In this document: one piece after another, positions 18,301 to 28,054 of the stretch | Numbering within the stretch: the stretch's first letter is position 1 | Layout of the letters: each line of letters starts with the position of its first letter | Source of the DNA: a virus | Virus record (IMG/VR): IMGVR_UViG_3300025030_000041 | Span: 1 to 64,000 of that record | Direction: 5' to 3' (one strand) | DNA length: 64,000 nucleotides | Translations under genes and position numbers: made by a program | Notes under the pieces: model-generated | What the model was told of the DNA's origin: nothing | The model's input: the letters and a program-made list of their open reading frames with translations, nothing else | Databases searched by the model: none

Positions 18301-19470
18301 ATGAAACTTATAAAGATTGTAGACGATGTGCCAAGAATTAGTAAATTTGGTGTATATGACGAATATGAGTGTCAGTTGTGTGGAAAAAAATGTAAAAAGA
18401 AAAATAGTTTATCTAAGCATTTGTCTACTATTCATGGTTTAAACAATAATGATAAACGTAAAGACTATTATGATAAATACTTAAAAGTTGATGGAGAGGG
18501 AATATGTGTAATATCAGGCAAACCTACTAAATTTATTAATTTTAGTGGTTATAACAAATATATAAATACTCCAGAGGTTAATAAAATAAAATTAAATACT
18601 AAAGGGATAACTTATTTAATGAAAGTTAAAAAACTTTCATACGACGACGCATTAATAGAAAGACAAAATATTGTAAAAAGAAATTCCGAAGGGGTTAAAA
18701 AAGCATTTAGTGAAAAAATAAAGAAAGATCCACTTTGCTGGAATAAGTCTAGCATATATTGTAAAGAATACTGGATTAATAAAGGATATTCTAAAGAAGA
18801 CTCTATTCAATTAGCCAATGATAAGATAACTAAAAATAGAGAAAAACTACAAAAAATTTTAAAAGACGATCCGTCTTATATGAAAAATAAATTAAATACA
18901 TCTTTAGACTATTGGTTAAAAAAGACAAATGGAAATGAAGAAGAAGCTAAAAAATTATTATCTGAACGCCAAACTACTTTTAATTTAGAAAAATGTATAG
19001 AAAAATATGGCGAAGACGACGGAAGAAAAAGATGGGTAGAAAGACAAGAAAAATGGTGTAAAAACTATAAAAAAAGTAATTATTCTAAAATTAGTCAAGA
19101 ATTATTTTGGAGTATTTATGATAAATTAGAGGTTTCTTATAAAAATAATAAATCTATATATTTCGCGGAATTATTAAATAATCGTAAAGACGAAAGCGAA
19201 AAAAATAATGAATACCGATTAAAATTAAAAAATAGGGTTATTATTCCAGATTTTTTCATTTTAGAAAATAAAAAAATAATAGAATTTGATGGAGTGTATT
19301 GGCATAATGAACATAAAATAAAGTATCCAAATCAAAACCGAGATAATGAAAAGTCTAACGACTTAATTAATGAGGGTTATTCTATTTTAAGGATTGTTGA
19401 GGACTTGTATTATAAAAATAAAGAAGAAATAGTTAAACAATGTTTAGAATTTATATATAAGGATTTATGA
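18301..19470 (+). mobile_element. Free-standing homing endonuclease gene between the split-intein halves: N-terminal C2H2 zinc finger plus C-terminal Vsr-like / DUF559 (PD-(D/E)xK) nuclease domain
   Basis: YECQLCGKKCKKKNSLSKHLSTIH = C-x2-C-x12-H-x4-H zinc finger. C-terminal IIPDFFILENKKIIEFDGVYWHNEHK resembles the Vsr/DUF559 catalytic core. The position between intein halves matches the 'fractured gene' arrangement reported from marine metagenomes. Confidence 0.6.
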
Positions 19471-19829
19471 GTAAAAATAATAGTGCTATACGTAAATTTA
19501 TAGATTCAATTAATATTGATGAGTACGATGTATTAACTGATACTGGGTGGGAAGATATTAAATCTATTAATAAGACTATAAAATATAGAGCATTTAGAGT
19601 AGAAACTAAATCTTTTTATTTAGAAGGGGCCGACGATCATATTATTTTTGATAAAGATTATAATGAAATATATTTAAAAGAATTAAGTATTGGCGATAGT
19701 GTATTAACTGAAAATGGAATTGAAATAGTTTTAAATATAAAAGATTTAGAATATTCAGATAATATGTATGACTTAGAAATTAATTCTGAAAATCACAGGT
19801 ATTATACGAATGGTATTTTAAGTCATAAT
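19467..19829 (+). mobile_element. gp41 split intein, C-terminal fragment (IntC, 121 aa)
   Basis: Starts with an ATG that overlaps the HEG stop (ATGA) and ends ...ILSHN immediately before the extein. Confidence 0.7.
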
Positions 19830-20690
19830 AGTACAATTCTTTCAAATTTTGCTGCAAATTCAATACGTAATGGAAAAAATGCAGCCGTTATTACACTAGA
19901 GTTATCTGATAGGAAATATATGAGGCGAGTGGGGGCTAATCTTTTAAATATTACAACTGGCGAATATAAAGATTTTGATGAAACTAGAAAAGATTTAATT
20001 AAACATAAACTTGATAATTTTTATGGAATGTTAGGGTGGCCTGCTGGTAATTTATGGATTAAAGAATTTCCGACTGGAACTGCGTCATTTATTGATATTG
20101 AAAATTCTTTGCTTAGGCGTGAAGATAAAACTGGAATTAAATATGACTTAGTAATAGTTGACTATCTTAATTTGATGAAAAGCGATGGCAATTCTAATCA
20201 AAATATGTATGAAAGAATAAAACGAATATCAGAAGGATTAAGAGCAATAAGCCAAAGAAATGAATGGTGTGTAGTATCAGCAACACAAGTTAGAAAAGAG
20301 TATTTTGATAAAGACGTTTTAGGGATGGATGCTGCAGCAGAAAGTAGTGGATTAATTGCAACAGTCGACTCTTTATTTGCTGCCTCTAGGGATTCTCTTA
20401 GTGATATTGCAAGAATAGAATTAATAGCAAACAGAGATGAAGGATATACCGGTAGTTCTTGTAATTTTAAGATGCAATTTAAAAATGCAAAGATGATTGA
20501 GACAAATGAGTTTCAGTATTATGGCGATGAAGACGGCACTAACTTAGAAAAAGAGATGCTAGAATCTTATAAGAAAAATGAAATTATAAGTGCTATTGCA
20601 GGACAATCAATAGGAACTAATATTGAAATACCTGAAGTTAATAAAAATAATAAAGAAACAGATTACGAATCAATTTTAAATTCTATTTAG
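19467..20690 (+). CDS. 41: Long IntC (aa 1-121) of the atypically split intein, fused to the gp41 helicase C-terminal extein
   Basis: IntC carries block B (GADDHIIF) and blocks F/G (MYDLEINSENHRYYTNGILSHN) followed by +1 Ser. The extein STILSNFAANSIRNGKNAAVITLELSDRKYMRRVGANLL... aligns with T4 gp41 SLGLCSLAADYLQLGHNVLYISMEMAEEVCAKRIDANML... Confidence 0.8.
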   Translation: MSKNNSAIRKFIDSINIDEYDVLTDTGWEDIKSINKTIKYRAFRVETKSFYLEGADDHIIFDKDYNEIYLKELSIGDSVLTENGIEIVLNIKDLEYSDNMYDLEINSENHRYYTNGILSHNSTILSNFAANSIRNGKNAAVITLELSDRKYMRRVGANLLNITTGEYKDFDETRKDLIKHKLDNFYGMLGWPAGNLWIKEFPTGTASFIDIENSLLRREDKTGIKYDLVIVDYLNLMKSDGNSNQNMYERIKRISEGLRAISQRNEWCVVSATQVRKEYFDKDVLGMDAAAESSGLIATVDSLFAASRDSLSDIARIELIANRDEGYTGSSCNFKMQFKNAKMIETNEFQYYGDEDGTNLEKEMLESYKKNEIISAIAGQSIGTNIEIPEVNKNNKETDYESILNSI

Positions 20691-20691
20691 T

Positions 20692-21186
20692 ATGTGTTTT
20701 TGTTTAGAATATGAACGGCTTATAAATGATAAATATGACTATTGTATAGATCATGCGTTTGATGATTGTGTATGTGGAAACCTAAAACAACGAAACAAAA
20801 ATGTGTGCAGTGAATGCGACTATAATATTACTAAAAAAGAAATTGGTTTTTCTATATGCCCTTTATGTAATGATGAATTCATTTTTAGTAAATTTTTAAA
20901 TACTGCAATTAAAAATGAAAAAACTAGATTAATTGCAAATTTAATAACTCATTATAGACATGTACATCAATCTTCTTGGAATACCTCATGTCATTTTATA
21001 TCAAATAGTTGGGGTCAATTAGCATACGCAAAAGCTAAAGATGAGCATAACAATCGAGCAAAAAGACAAATACTCAGAAAATGTTTTAATTGGGTAAATA
21101 ACAATGGTATTAAAAAAGAAAATTTTCTTGAATTACAAAATAATGATGAAAAAACTATTGAATTAATTAATAAAATATATAAATGA
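20692..21186 (+). CDS. Cys/His-rich putative zinc-binding protein
   Basis: Multiple CxxC / HxxC clusters (CVCGN, CSECD, CPLCND...). Confidence 0.35.
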   Translation: MCFCLEYERLINDKYDYCIDHAFDDCVCGNLKQRNKNVCSECDYNITKKEIGFSICPLCNDEFIFSKFLNTAIKNEKTRLIANLITHYRHVHQSSWNTSCHFISNSWGQLAYAKAKDEHNNRAKRQILRKCFNWVNNNGIKKENFLELQNNDEKTIELINKIYK

Positions 21187-21443
21187 TGAAATACTATAAT
21201 CAAAAATTAGAGCGAGGCCTTATAAAAATAGGGTGCAAAAGAGTCTGGTTTAGTGATAAATCTGGGTATTGGTTAGAGAAAAATTTTAAATTTAAAGATT
21301 TAAATTTAAGGTTATATATTGAACCTGACCAGAAAAAGTTCTATTTTAGTATAAAGCTAGAAACTCCAGAGCAATACGAAACTATTAAAACTTATAAATT
21401 GACTTTATCTAATGTTAAAAAACTTTTGAAAAAGTATTCATAG
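21183..21443 (+). CDS. Hypothetical protein
   Basis: ORF. Confidence 0.3.
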   Translation: MMKYYNQKLERGLIKIGCKRVWFSDKSGYWLEKNFKFKDLNLRLYIEPDQKKFYFSIKLETPEQYETIKTYKLTLSNVKKLLKKYS

Positions 21444-21498
21444 AGCTAAATCTTTTTAAAGATAAAATAAATAAATAAAGGATTACGTATTTTATCTT

Positions 21499-24400
21499 AT
21501 GGATATATCAAAACTTTTTTTCTTTAATAAAAACGGTGAAAATATAAATTTCACGTTTAATTCGTCTTTAAATAAGTATGAGAGTACTATTTATTTTGAT
21601 AAATTATCAAGTTCTCTATTTGATAATGAAAATCTTTATATTCTAGAAAAGTCCGGTGACTCATATATTTATCCTACTTTTACTGCTACCCAATCCTTAA
21701 AATTTAAATGGAAAACTCTATCTGATAAAGAGAATATCTTTTTATATGATATTGAAACAAGTAATGAAGATAATAACGACTATATTATAACAAAAGACGA
21801 AGTTTTAATATCATATGACCCATCGTTATATGGTGATAAAATTCCATTAAATATTAATATAGCATTTAACCCCTTGGATGAAACTAATTATGAAAGAGTA
21901 TTAGAAATATACTTGCTTGATATAGCTTCACCTGGAACATCCGATTTAATTGGAGAAATAAGTTTTTATGGTGAAGGAATAGACGAAGACGAAAGATATA
22001 GAATATGGTTAGCTAATTTTGGTATTAAATTTAATAGAGAGGATGCTTTAATATTAAAGGATTATGATATAAAAGAGGCTTTACCAAATTGGGAAATTAT
22101 TAATAACAAGCGGAAAGAAGCATTATTAACTAGGCCAGAGGTATACCCATATGTTGGAACATATAAAGGATTGACTAATATTATTAATTTTTTAGGGTTC
22201 AGAGATTTTTTATCAGTAAAAGAGTATTGGCAAAATAAAAACACAGATTCGCCATACTTTAATAAATTTACATTAATTGATATAAGTGATTTATTAGATG
22301 ATGGAAAAATAAATTCTATTGATTTAACTACATATAATAATAACGTTAAATTTACTCCTGAATTTAAAAAAACCGGATTATTAGGATTATATTATAAAAT
22401 AACAGATACAACGGGTGTAGAAGATGCTGACGGAATACCAGAGGTAGTACGAACTACTGAATTCAGCAATGACGAGATTTTATATAAACTTAATAGATTA
22501 AAAGATAAATTAAAAGATGAAATACTTCCAATTAATGTTAAAATTATAGATATAGTTGGTGAGTTTTTATTTTTTCAAAAATTTTCAATTAGAACTTGGA
22601 ATAATAGAGTTGAAATAAAAGATTTTCAAATTAACGAAAATTATGATATATCAGTTTATCCTTTAAATGATACTGAAGCATATTTATATGATCTTAAACC
22701 TCTATTAATAAAAATAAATCAATCTTCTACTAATGTAAATTTCGGAAATTATATATTTAATAATAGCCAGTCAAATCCATATGACTGGTCTCAAAAATAC
22801 CCGCCAACTGATATTCCTTTATTAATTGAATCAATAAAGACTTTTTATAATGAAATACAACAGTCTAAAAAAGATGGATTAAATGAACCATTACCGTGGA
22901 ACTTCGGAGATGAACCTGAAAATATAATTGGATGTCCAGTTATATTTAAAGTTAAGTTTGACGAAATTACATGGGATATATTATCAAATTCAACATGGGA
23001 TAGTCTAGACGATTTTTATACATGGGATACTATAAACTTTAAATCAATTTATGAAATAGAATGGAATATAAGTAAAAAAATCGGAACACCTTACTCTTTT
23101 ACTTATCGAGGATATATAAAAGATTTACATACATTACCTCATTTTTTACCATATGAAGGAGAATATGACGTCTTTGCTAAACTATATGATCTTAACTCTG
23201 GTCATAGCATAAATTATGAAAATAAAATTATAAATGTTAAAAAAATAGAACCTGAAATAATCGCATTATCTAGAATTGAAGATAAATTTGGCGATACTTG
23301 GGATGACTTATCTAATGTAACATGGGATGAAATAGAATCATCATACTGGTATAATCCTATTGTAAACATAGTTAATCAAAATAATAACGAGATAGATTTA
23401 CAAAGAAATTTATACGAGTGGGATTTTTATAAAGATAAAATAAAAGATGCTAAAATATTTAATGACGACACTTTTATATATGAATCCTTAAATACTAGCC
23501 TGCATTCTCTTAAAAATTTATATGGTATACCTAAAAAAGGAGGAAGTGATGTATACGAATGGACATGGGATGATTTTGAAAATGCAACATGGGATGACTT
23601 ATTTCATATGAAATGGTATCATATGGTATATCACTCTGATTTTTTAGCAGGTTTTCTTATTAAGAAACTTCCAAGAAAAGGAGATATTATACAAATGAAT
23701 AAATATTCAGATTTTGTATTTCAAACTACTATGCTAACTTTACAAGATGCAATCGATGAATTGAATTTATCTAGCCATAATGGAATATCGTTATTTAAAT
23801 ATGAGGTTCAAAGTTATCATAAAAAATATAAAGTAACATTAACAAAAAGTACAACTGATTTTACATATGACTTAACGATTAATGAATCTAATATTATATA
23901 TATTGCAACTCCTTTACAAGATATAAATGAAATTAGAGACGCATTGATTAATCTAATTAATAATGAAATTACCCAACATGTTACGGCAATTAGTGCTTCA
24001 AATGATAGTTTTTTAATAATCGGTGATGTGGAAGAAGATGACTATATATTATCAGTAACTAGCCCAAGTTTAATAGATTTTGAATTAATACAAGATCCTG
24101 GTCCATTTATTAGTGCGACTGCAAAAGACTTTGGAAAAGAAAGTTATGTAATTATAAATTATATTTCATCTGGCGATGACGACGACTCTAGTCCATTCTC
24201 ACCAAGAACCTCTAATTTCTTAGAAGGCAACAAATACTCGTATAACGAACCTATTTGGATTTATAATAAATCTCAAATTGAATCTTTAAATAATAAATAT
24301 ATAAGTCTAGATATTGAAAATTTATTTGTTGATGCACCATTTAGCGATATTGCTAATGGAAATACTAATAATATTCAGTATTGGATAGATAATAAATATA

Positions 24401-24804
24401 TTAAGCATAATACTGAAACTGATGAACAGACTGGATTTATACCGTCTATAGTAGATACAAATGTATTTAATTTAATACAGCTTAAAGTATATGAAGATTC
24501 GTTCATTATACCTAAATGGTGTCCGGTATTTTTTGTTATTAATAATGTTCCAGGTAAAACTGAATTTGTATGGACATTATATGATGAGGATAATAATAAA
24601 AAATTAATTCAGATTAAGGATGTTCCATTTTTTATATGGAGATTTAATGAATTAGGGCAGTATAGAATAGACGTACAAATTACAGATAATAAAGGAAATA
24701 TTTATAATAAAAGTTTTTCTAAATTTGTAAATGTTAAATCTAAAAATGATTATATTTCTTTTATAGAACGAGAAATTAATAAGCTTTCCAAATTAATTCT
24801 TTAA
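21499..24804 (+). CDS. Large (1101 aa) putative virion structural protein (baseplate or tail-fibre class) with recurring aromatic TWD[DE] motifs
   Basis: Long ORF with repeated motifs (ITWDILSNSTWDSLDDFYTWD, NVTWDEIESSYWY, DTWDDLSNVTWDE, ATWDDLFHMKWYHM); no enzymatic motifs were seen. Confidence 0.45.
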   Translation: MDISKLFFFNKNGENINFTFNSSLNKYESTIYFDKLSSSLFDNENLYILEKSGDSYIYPTFTATQSLKFKWKTLSDKENIFLYDIETSNEDNNDYIITKDEVLISYDPSLYGDKIPLNINIAFNPLDETNYERVLEIYLLDIASPGTSDLIGEISFYGEGIDEDERYRIWLANFGIKFNREDALILKDYDIKEALPNWEIINNKRKEALLTRPEVYPYVGTYKGLTNIINFLGFRDFLSVKEYWQNKNTDSPYFNKFTLIDISDLLDDGKINSIDLTTYNNNVKFTPEFKKTGLLGLYYKITDTTGVEDADGIPEVVRTTEFSNDEILYKLNRLKDKLKDEILPINVKIIDIVGEFLFFQKFSIRTWNNRVEIKDFQINENYDISVYPLNDTEAYLYDLKPLLIKINQSSTNVNFGNYIFNNSQSNPYDWSQKYPPTDIPLLIESIKTFYNEIQQSKKDGLNEPLPWNFGDEPENIIGCPVIFKVKFDEITWDILSNSTWDSLDDFYTWDTINFKSIYEIEWNISKKIGTPYSFTYRGYIKDLHTLPHFLPYEGEYDVFAKLYDLNSGHSINYENKIINVKKIEPEIIALSRIEDKFGDTWDDLSNVTWDEIESSYWYNPIVNIVNQNNNEIDLQRNLYEWDFYKDKIKDAKIFNDDTFIYESLNTSLHSLKNLYGIPKKGGSDVYEWTWDDFENATWDDLFHMKWYHMVYHSDFLAGFLIKKLPRKGDIIQMNKYSDFVFQTTMLTLQDAIDELNLSSHNGISLFKYEVQSYHKKYKVTLTKSTTDFTYDLTINESNIIYIATPLQDINEIRDALINLINNEITQHVTAISASNDSFLIIGDVEEDDYILSVTSPSLIDFELIQDPGPFISATAKDFGKESYVIINYISSGDDDDSSPFSPRTSNFLEGNKYSYNEPIWIYNKSQIESLNNKYISLDIENLFVDAPFSDIANGNTNNIQYWIDNKYIKHNTETDEQTGFIPSIVDTNVFNLIQLKVYEDSFIIPKWCPVFFVINNVPGKTEFVWTLYDEDNNKKLIQIKDVPFFIWRFNELGQYRIDVQITDNKGNIYNKSFSKFVNVKSKNDYISFIEREINKLSKLIL

Positions 24805-24824
24805 GTAGAATTTTTTTAATTTAT

Positions 24825-24832
24825 TATAAATA
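24825..24832 (+). promoter_or_regulatory. T4-type late promoter box TATAAATA, about 22 nt upstream of the tail-fibre-like gene
   Basis: Exact TATAAATA octamer; a gp55 late sigma homologue is present in the window. Confidence 0.3.
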
Positions 24833-24853
24833 ATAAAAAAGATTTAATAAAAC

Positions 24854-25687
24854 ATGGCATTTTCTATAAATTTAACAGATATTTTAGGAGCATCTGGCTT
24901 TGGCCAATCTAGAACCAATATTAATAGTAATTTTTTAACTTTAAAAGATACAATTGAAGATTTATTTAATGGATTTTCTGTTGATATTACTGGAAATAAA
25001 TTTGGAACAAGTTCATTAGATATTACAGGAAAAAGCATTAATATTATTAACGGTAAATATAAAGTAACATATACACAAGGTACTACTGATATTACTAGAG
25101 ATATTATTAGTATTACTGGAGTAAATTCTAATGAAATAAAAATAGATAACATTGACCATCTTACTGTTAATATAGACTCGTTTATTAATGTATTAGAAGT
25201 AAATGAATTAGTAATATCTAATAGTGGCGACGGATTAACGAATGATGGAGTTTCTATACTAAATGGTGCAACATCATTTGGTAGTTCATTAACTGAATCA
25301 TTAGTAGATGTTAATATAGAATTGGATAGTGCAGGAGAAGGAACACTTAATATTAATGCTAATACCCAAAACAATTTATTTTTAGTATTAGATGCAACTA
25401 ATGCAACTTTAGCTTCTAATTTTAATATTAATCCTGTAATTGATTCTAATACTCCAGACGGATTAGTATTTACTGTATATTTAAAAGACATTAATGGCTC
25501 AACGACTTTTGAAACTTCTCCAGCAAATTTAGTTAATATCTATTATGATAGAGATAAGACTATTATAACAAGTGCCGGACAATATAAAATACAAGAAACC
25601 CCGTATAATACTGCAATTTCTTGTATGGTTATTAATAACGGAGTTGGAAAAAGACTAATTATAAAATCTGTGCATAACTTAGAATAA
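24854..25687 (+). CDS. Tail-fibre / baseplate-like structural protein (Thr/Ser/Asn/Gly-rich, predicted beta-rich)
   Basis: Composition and repeats such as TDITGNKFGTSSLDITGKSINIINGKY. The antisense ORF 24844-25491 is low-complexity and rejected. Confidence 0.4.
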   Translation: MAFSINLTDILGASGFGQSRTNINSNFLTLKDTIEDLFNGFSVDITGNKFGTSSLDITGKSINIINGKYKVTYTQGTTDITRDIISITGVNSNEIKIDNIDHLTVNIDSFINVLEVNELVISNSGDGLTNDGVSILNGATSFGSSLTESLVDVNIELDSAGEGTLNINANTQNNLFLVLDATNATLASNFNINPVIDSNTPDGLVFTVYLKDINGSTTFETSPANLVNIYYDRDKTIITSAGQYKIQETPYNTAISCMVINNGVGKRLIIKSVHNLE

Positions 25688-26259
25688 TGAAACATATAAA
25701 ACTATTTGAACAATTTATATCTGAGGAAGAATCTCCTAAGCCAAGCGCTAAAGATATATTTATACCTAGAAGGCTTAAAGAAAGATGGGATGATTTGCTC
25801 ATTCCTTACCTAAATAAAGGTTATACTAAAGAACAAATATTTGTAGTGAAACCAATTGATGAAACTTTTATTATAAATATGGGTAATATTGAGAAATTTA
25901 AGAATATTAAAGTTATAATTGGTAATATTGAAATAAAAAGAATAAGTGATTTAAGTATATTGAATATAGAAGAAATATCAGGAGATTTTGATTGTGTTGC
26001 TACTGATCTAATTAATTTAAAAGGGGTACCTAAAATAATAAATGGAAATTTTTATTGCTATCGTAGTCATTTAACTAGTTTAGTTGATGGTCCTAATATA
26101 GTTACTGGAGATTTTGATTGTTCTTATAATAAGTTAACTAGTCTTGAAGGAGGTCCTAGTACAGTAGGAGGAAGTTTTAGTTGTTCTAATAATACTAAAA
26201 AATTTACAGAAGAAGAAGTACGAAAAGTAGTTGATGTAAAAGGAAAAGTTTATGTTTAA
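25687..26259 (+). CDS. Protein with three tandem repeats of about 22 aa resembling bacterial leucine-rich repeats
   Basis: ISGDFDCVATDLINLKGVPKII / NGNFYCYRSHLTSLVDGPNIV / TGDFDCSYNKLTSLEGGPSTVGGSFSCSNN. Confidence 0.4.
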   Translation: MKHIKLFEQFISEEESPKPSAKDIFIPRRLKERWDDLLIPYLNKGYTKEQIFVVKPIDETFIINMGNIEKFKNIKVIIGNIEIKRISDLSILNIEEISGDFDCVATDLINLKGVPKIINGNFYCYRSHLTSLVDGPNIVTGDFDCSYNKLTSLEGGPSTVGGSFSCSNNTKKFTEEEVRKVVDVKGKVYV

Positions 26260-26665
26260 AATGAAAAGATATTTAATATTAGAATATAATGAATTTGTTA
26301 CTCAAAAAGTAAATAGACTTTTTCCATATACTTGGACAGGTAATCCAACTGACGCAATTAAGTCTAAATTTCTACAATTAAAAGATTTAGCAAGACCTCA
26401 AGAGTATGAAAGAACAGAGTTTGAGCAAACTATAAATAATTTTAACTTAAATTTTAGAGTTGGAGAAAAAGTAAAAGCTATTAGAATGAATGCTCCATTT
26501 AAAAAAGGGTATAATGAAACTGATTATGTTTATGGAAATATTAAAGAAATAAAAGTGGATTTAGATAATAAAACACTTAGAGTATTTTTAGTTAAACCTT
26601 CTACTTTAGAAAAATTTGAAGTATACCCAGAAACTTTAGAAAAATACAATAAATACTTCGAATAG
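26252..26665 (+). CDS. Hypothetical protein
   Basis: ORF. Confidence 0.35.
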   Translation: MFKMKRYLILEYNEFVTQKVNRLFPYTWTGNPTDAIKSKFLQLKDLARPQEYERTEFEQTINNFNLNFRVGEKVKAIRMNAPFKKGYNETDYVYGNIKEIKVDLDNKTLRVFLVKPSTLEKFEVYPETLEKYNKYFE

Positions 26666-26726
26666 TTTTCTTTATTGAAAACAATTTTATATTTTTTTTA
26701 TATAAAACAAAAAACCCAATTTATTA

Positions 26727-27752
26727 ATGGATAATACAAAAATTTCTGATGAAGACGCTGCTAAATTTTTGTCTGAAAAAGATAAAGAGTTATCACAAAC
26801 TATTAAATTAAATGATATTGAATCTAAATTTGTAGATAAAACTTCCAATGGTTTAGGAAAAATCAAAGAGTTACAACCACAAACTGGGTCTAATATATCA
26901 AGTGTTGCCGATGCTGGATGGAAAAATATTCCATTAGAAAACTTAGAAACAAAAGGATTATTTTATGAAGATGATATTGAAATTACGATTAAATCAGCGT
27001 CAGTTGGAGAAATACGGCAATGGTCTACTATAGATGAAAACGATTTCGTAGATATTGATGATAAGCTTAATATTATAATGGAAAAGTGTGTTCGTATTCG
27101 TAAAAAAGGAGATACTCCTAAATTCTTATCATGGAAAGATATTAAAGAAATAGATAGGATTGCCTTAGCTTTTTTAATACATGAAATTACATTTCCAAAT
27201 GGCGAGAATAAATTAATGATTACTTTTAAATGTAATCAAAGTTGTGCCGGAGATGGCCAATATTCTGAAAAAGTTAAAATGGAATCGAATATGCTTAGCC
27301 TATTTGATTTTGATAATGCTTTAATGCAATATTATAGTCAAGAGGATAAATGTTTTATATTAAATGATCCTAGAATAGGAAAACCTCAAAAAATATTTAT
27401 TCCATCACTTGGAATATCTCAGAAAATTAAAGCATATGTGAAAAATAAACAAGATAATAATCTTTTTATAGATAAGGCGTTTATTAGGTTATCTCCATTT
27501 ATAATTGATAAATATCAAACACTTAATAATAATGAATTAGATAGGATGCAACAAGAGTCATTACTATGGGGCAAGGATAAATTTCTATTAATCTCTTCAT
27601 TTATTGATAAAATAGAAAAGAGTGCAAGAGGAGTAGTGTCAAAGGAATGTCCTAAGTGCTCAGTTCAATTGGAGACTCCTTTGTTTTTTCGCGGAGGATT
27701 TAAAATCAAAGATCTTTTCTCTCTTTCAATTGGATTTAATGGAGATAATTAA
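26727..27752 (+). CDS. Hypothetical protein with a C-terminal zinc ribbon (CPKCS)
   Basis: ORF. Confidence 0.35.
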   Translation: MDNTKISDEDAAKFLSEKDKELSQTIKLNDIESKFVDKTSNGLGKIKELQPQTGSNISSVADAGWKNIPLENLETKGLFYEDDIEITIKSASVGEIRQWSTIDENDFVDIDDKLNIIMEKCVRIRKKGDTPKFLSWKDIKEIDRIALAFLIHEITFPNGENKLMITFKCNQSCAGDGQYSEKVKMESNMLSLFDFDNALMQYYSQEDKCFILNDPRIGKPQKIFIPSLGISQKIKAYVKNKQDNNLFIDKAFIRLSPFIIDKYQTLNNNELDRMQQESLLWGKDKFLLISSFIDKIEKSARGVVSKECPKCSVQLETPLFFRGGFKIKDLFSLSIGFNGDN

Positions 27753-28002
27753 ACTTAATAAGATTATAGCCGAACAGCTTAATCAGAACTTTGATTCAAT
27801 ATATTCTTTGCCTTTTTATGAATATGTCTTCCTATTGGAAGTGATAAAAGAGGACGCTGAAAAACAAAAACGAAAAGACGGTGAATATACAAACCAAATG
27901 CCTAATATTAATCAAATGCAAAATCAAGCAATGAAAAATATGCCTAGTATTAGTAATATTAAACCGCCAAGCATGCCATCTCTTCCTAGTAACTTTAAAT
28001 AA
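27730..28002 (+). CDS. Hypothetical protein (Gln/Asn/Met-rich C-terminus)
   Basis: ORF. Confidence 0.3.
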   Translation: MDLMEIIKLNKIIAEQLNQNFDSIYSLPFYEYVFLLEVIKEDAEKQKRKDGEYTNQMPNINQMQNQAMKNMPSISNIKPPSMPSLPSNFK

Positions 28003-28006
28003 TTTA

Positions 28007-28032
28007 AAAGCTGGTAAAATTACCAGCTTTTA
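28007..28032 (+). terminator. Hairpin terminator
   Basis: aaaagctggta-aaat-taccagctttt: 10-11 bp perfect stem, 4-nt loop, directly after the CDS stop. Confidence 0.45.
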
Positions 28033-28054
28033 AAGTTTAAATAAATAAAACTAT

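Noticed and set aside
24844-25491. Minus-strand 215-aa ORF overlapping the tail-fibre-like gene
   Set aside because: Low-complexity antisense translation of a Thr/Ser/Asn-rich gene. The neighbouring genes and the upstream late-promoter box favour the plus-strand ORF
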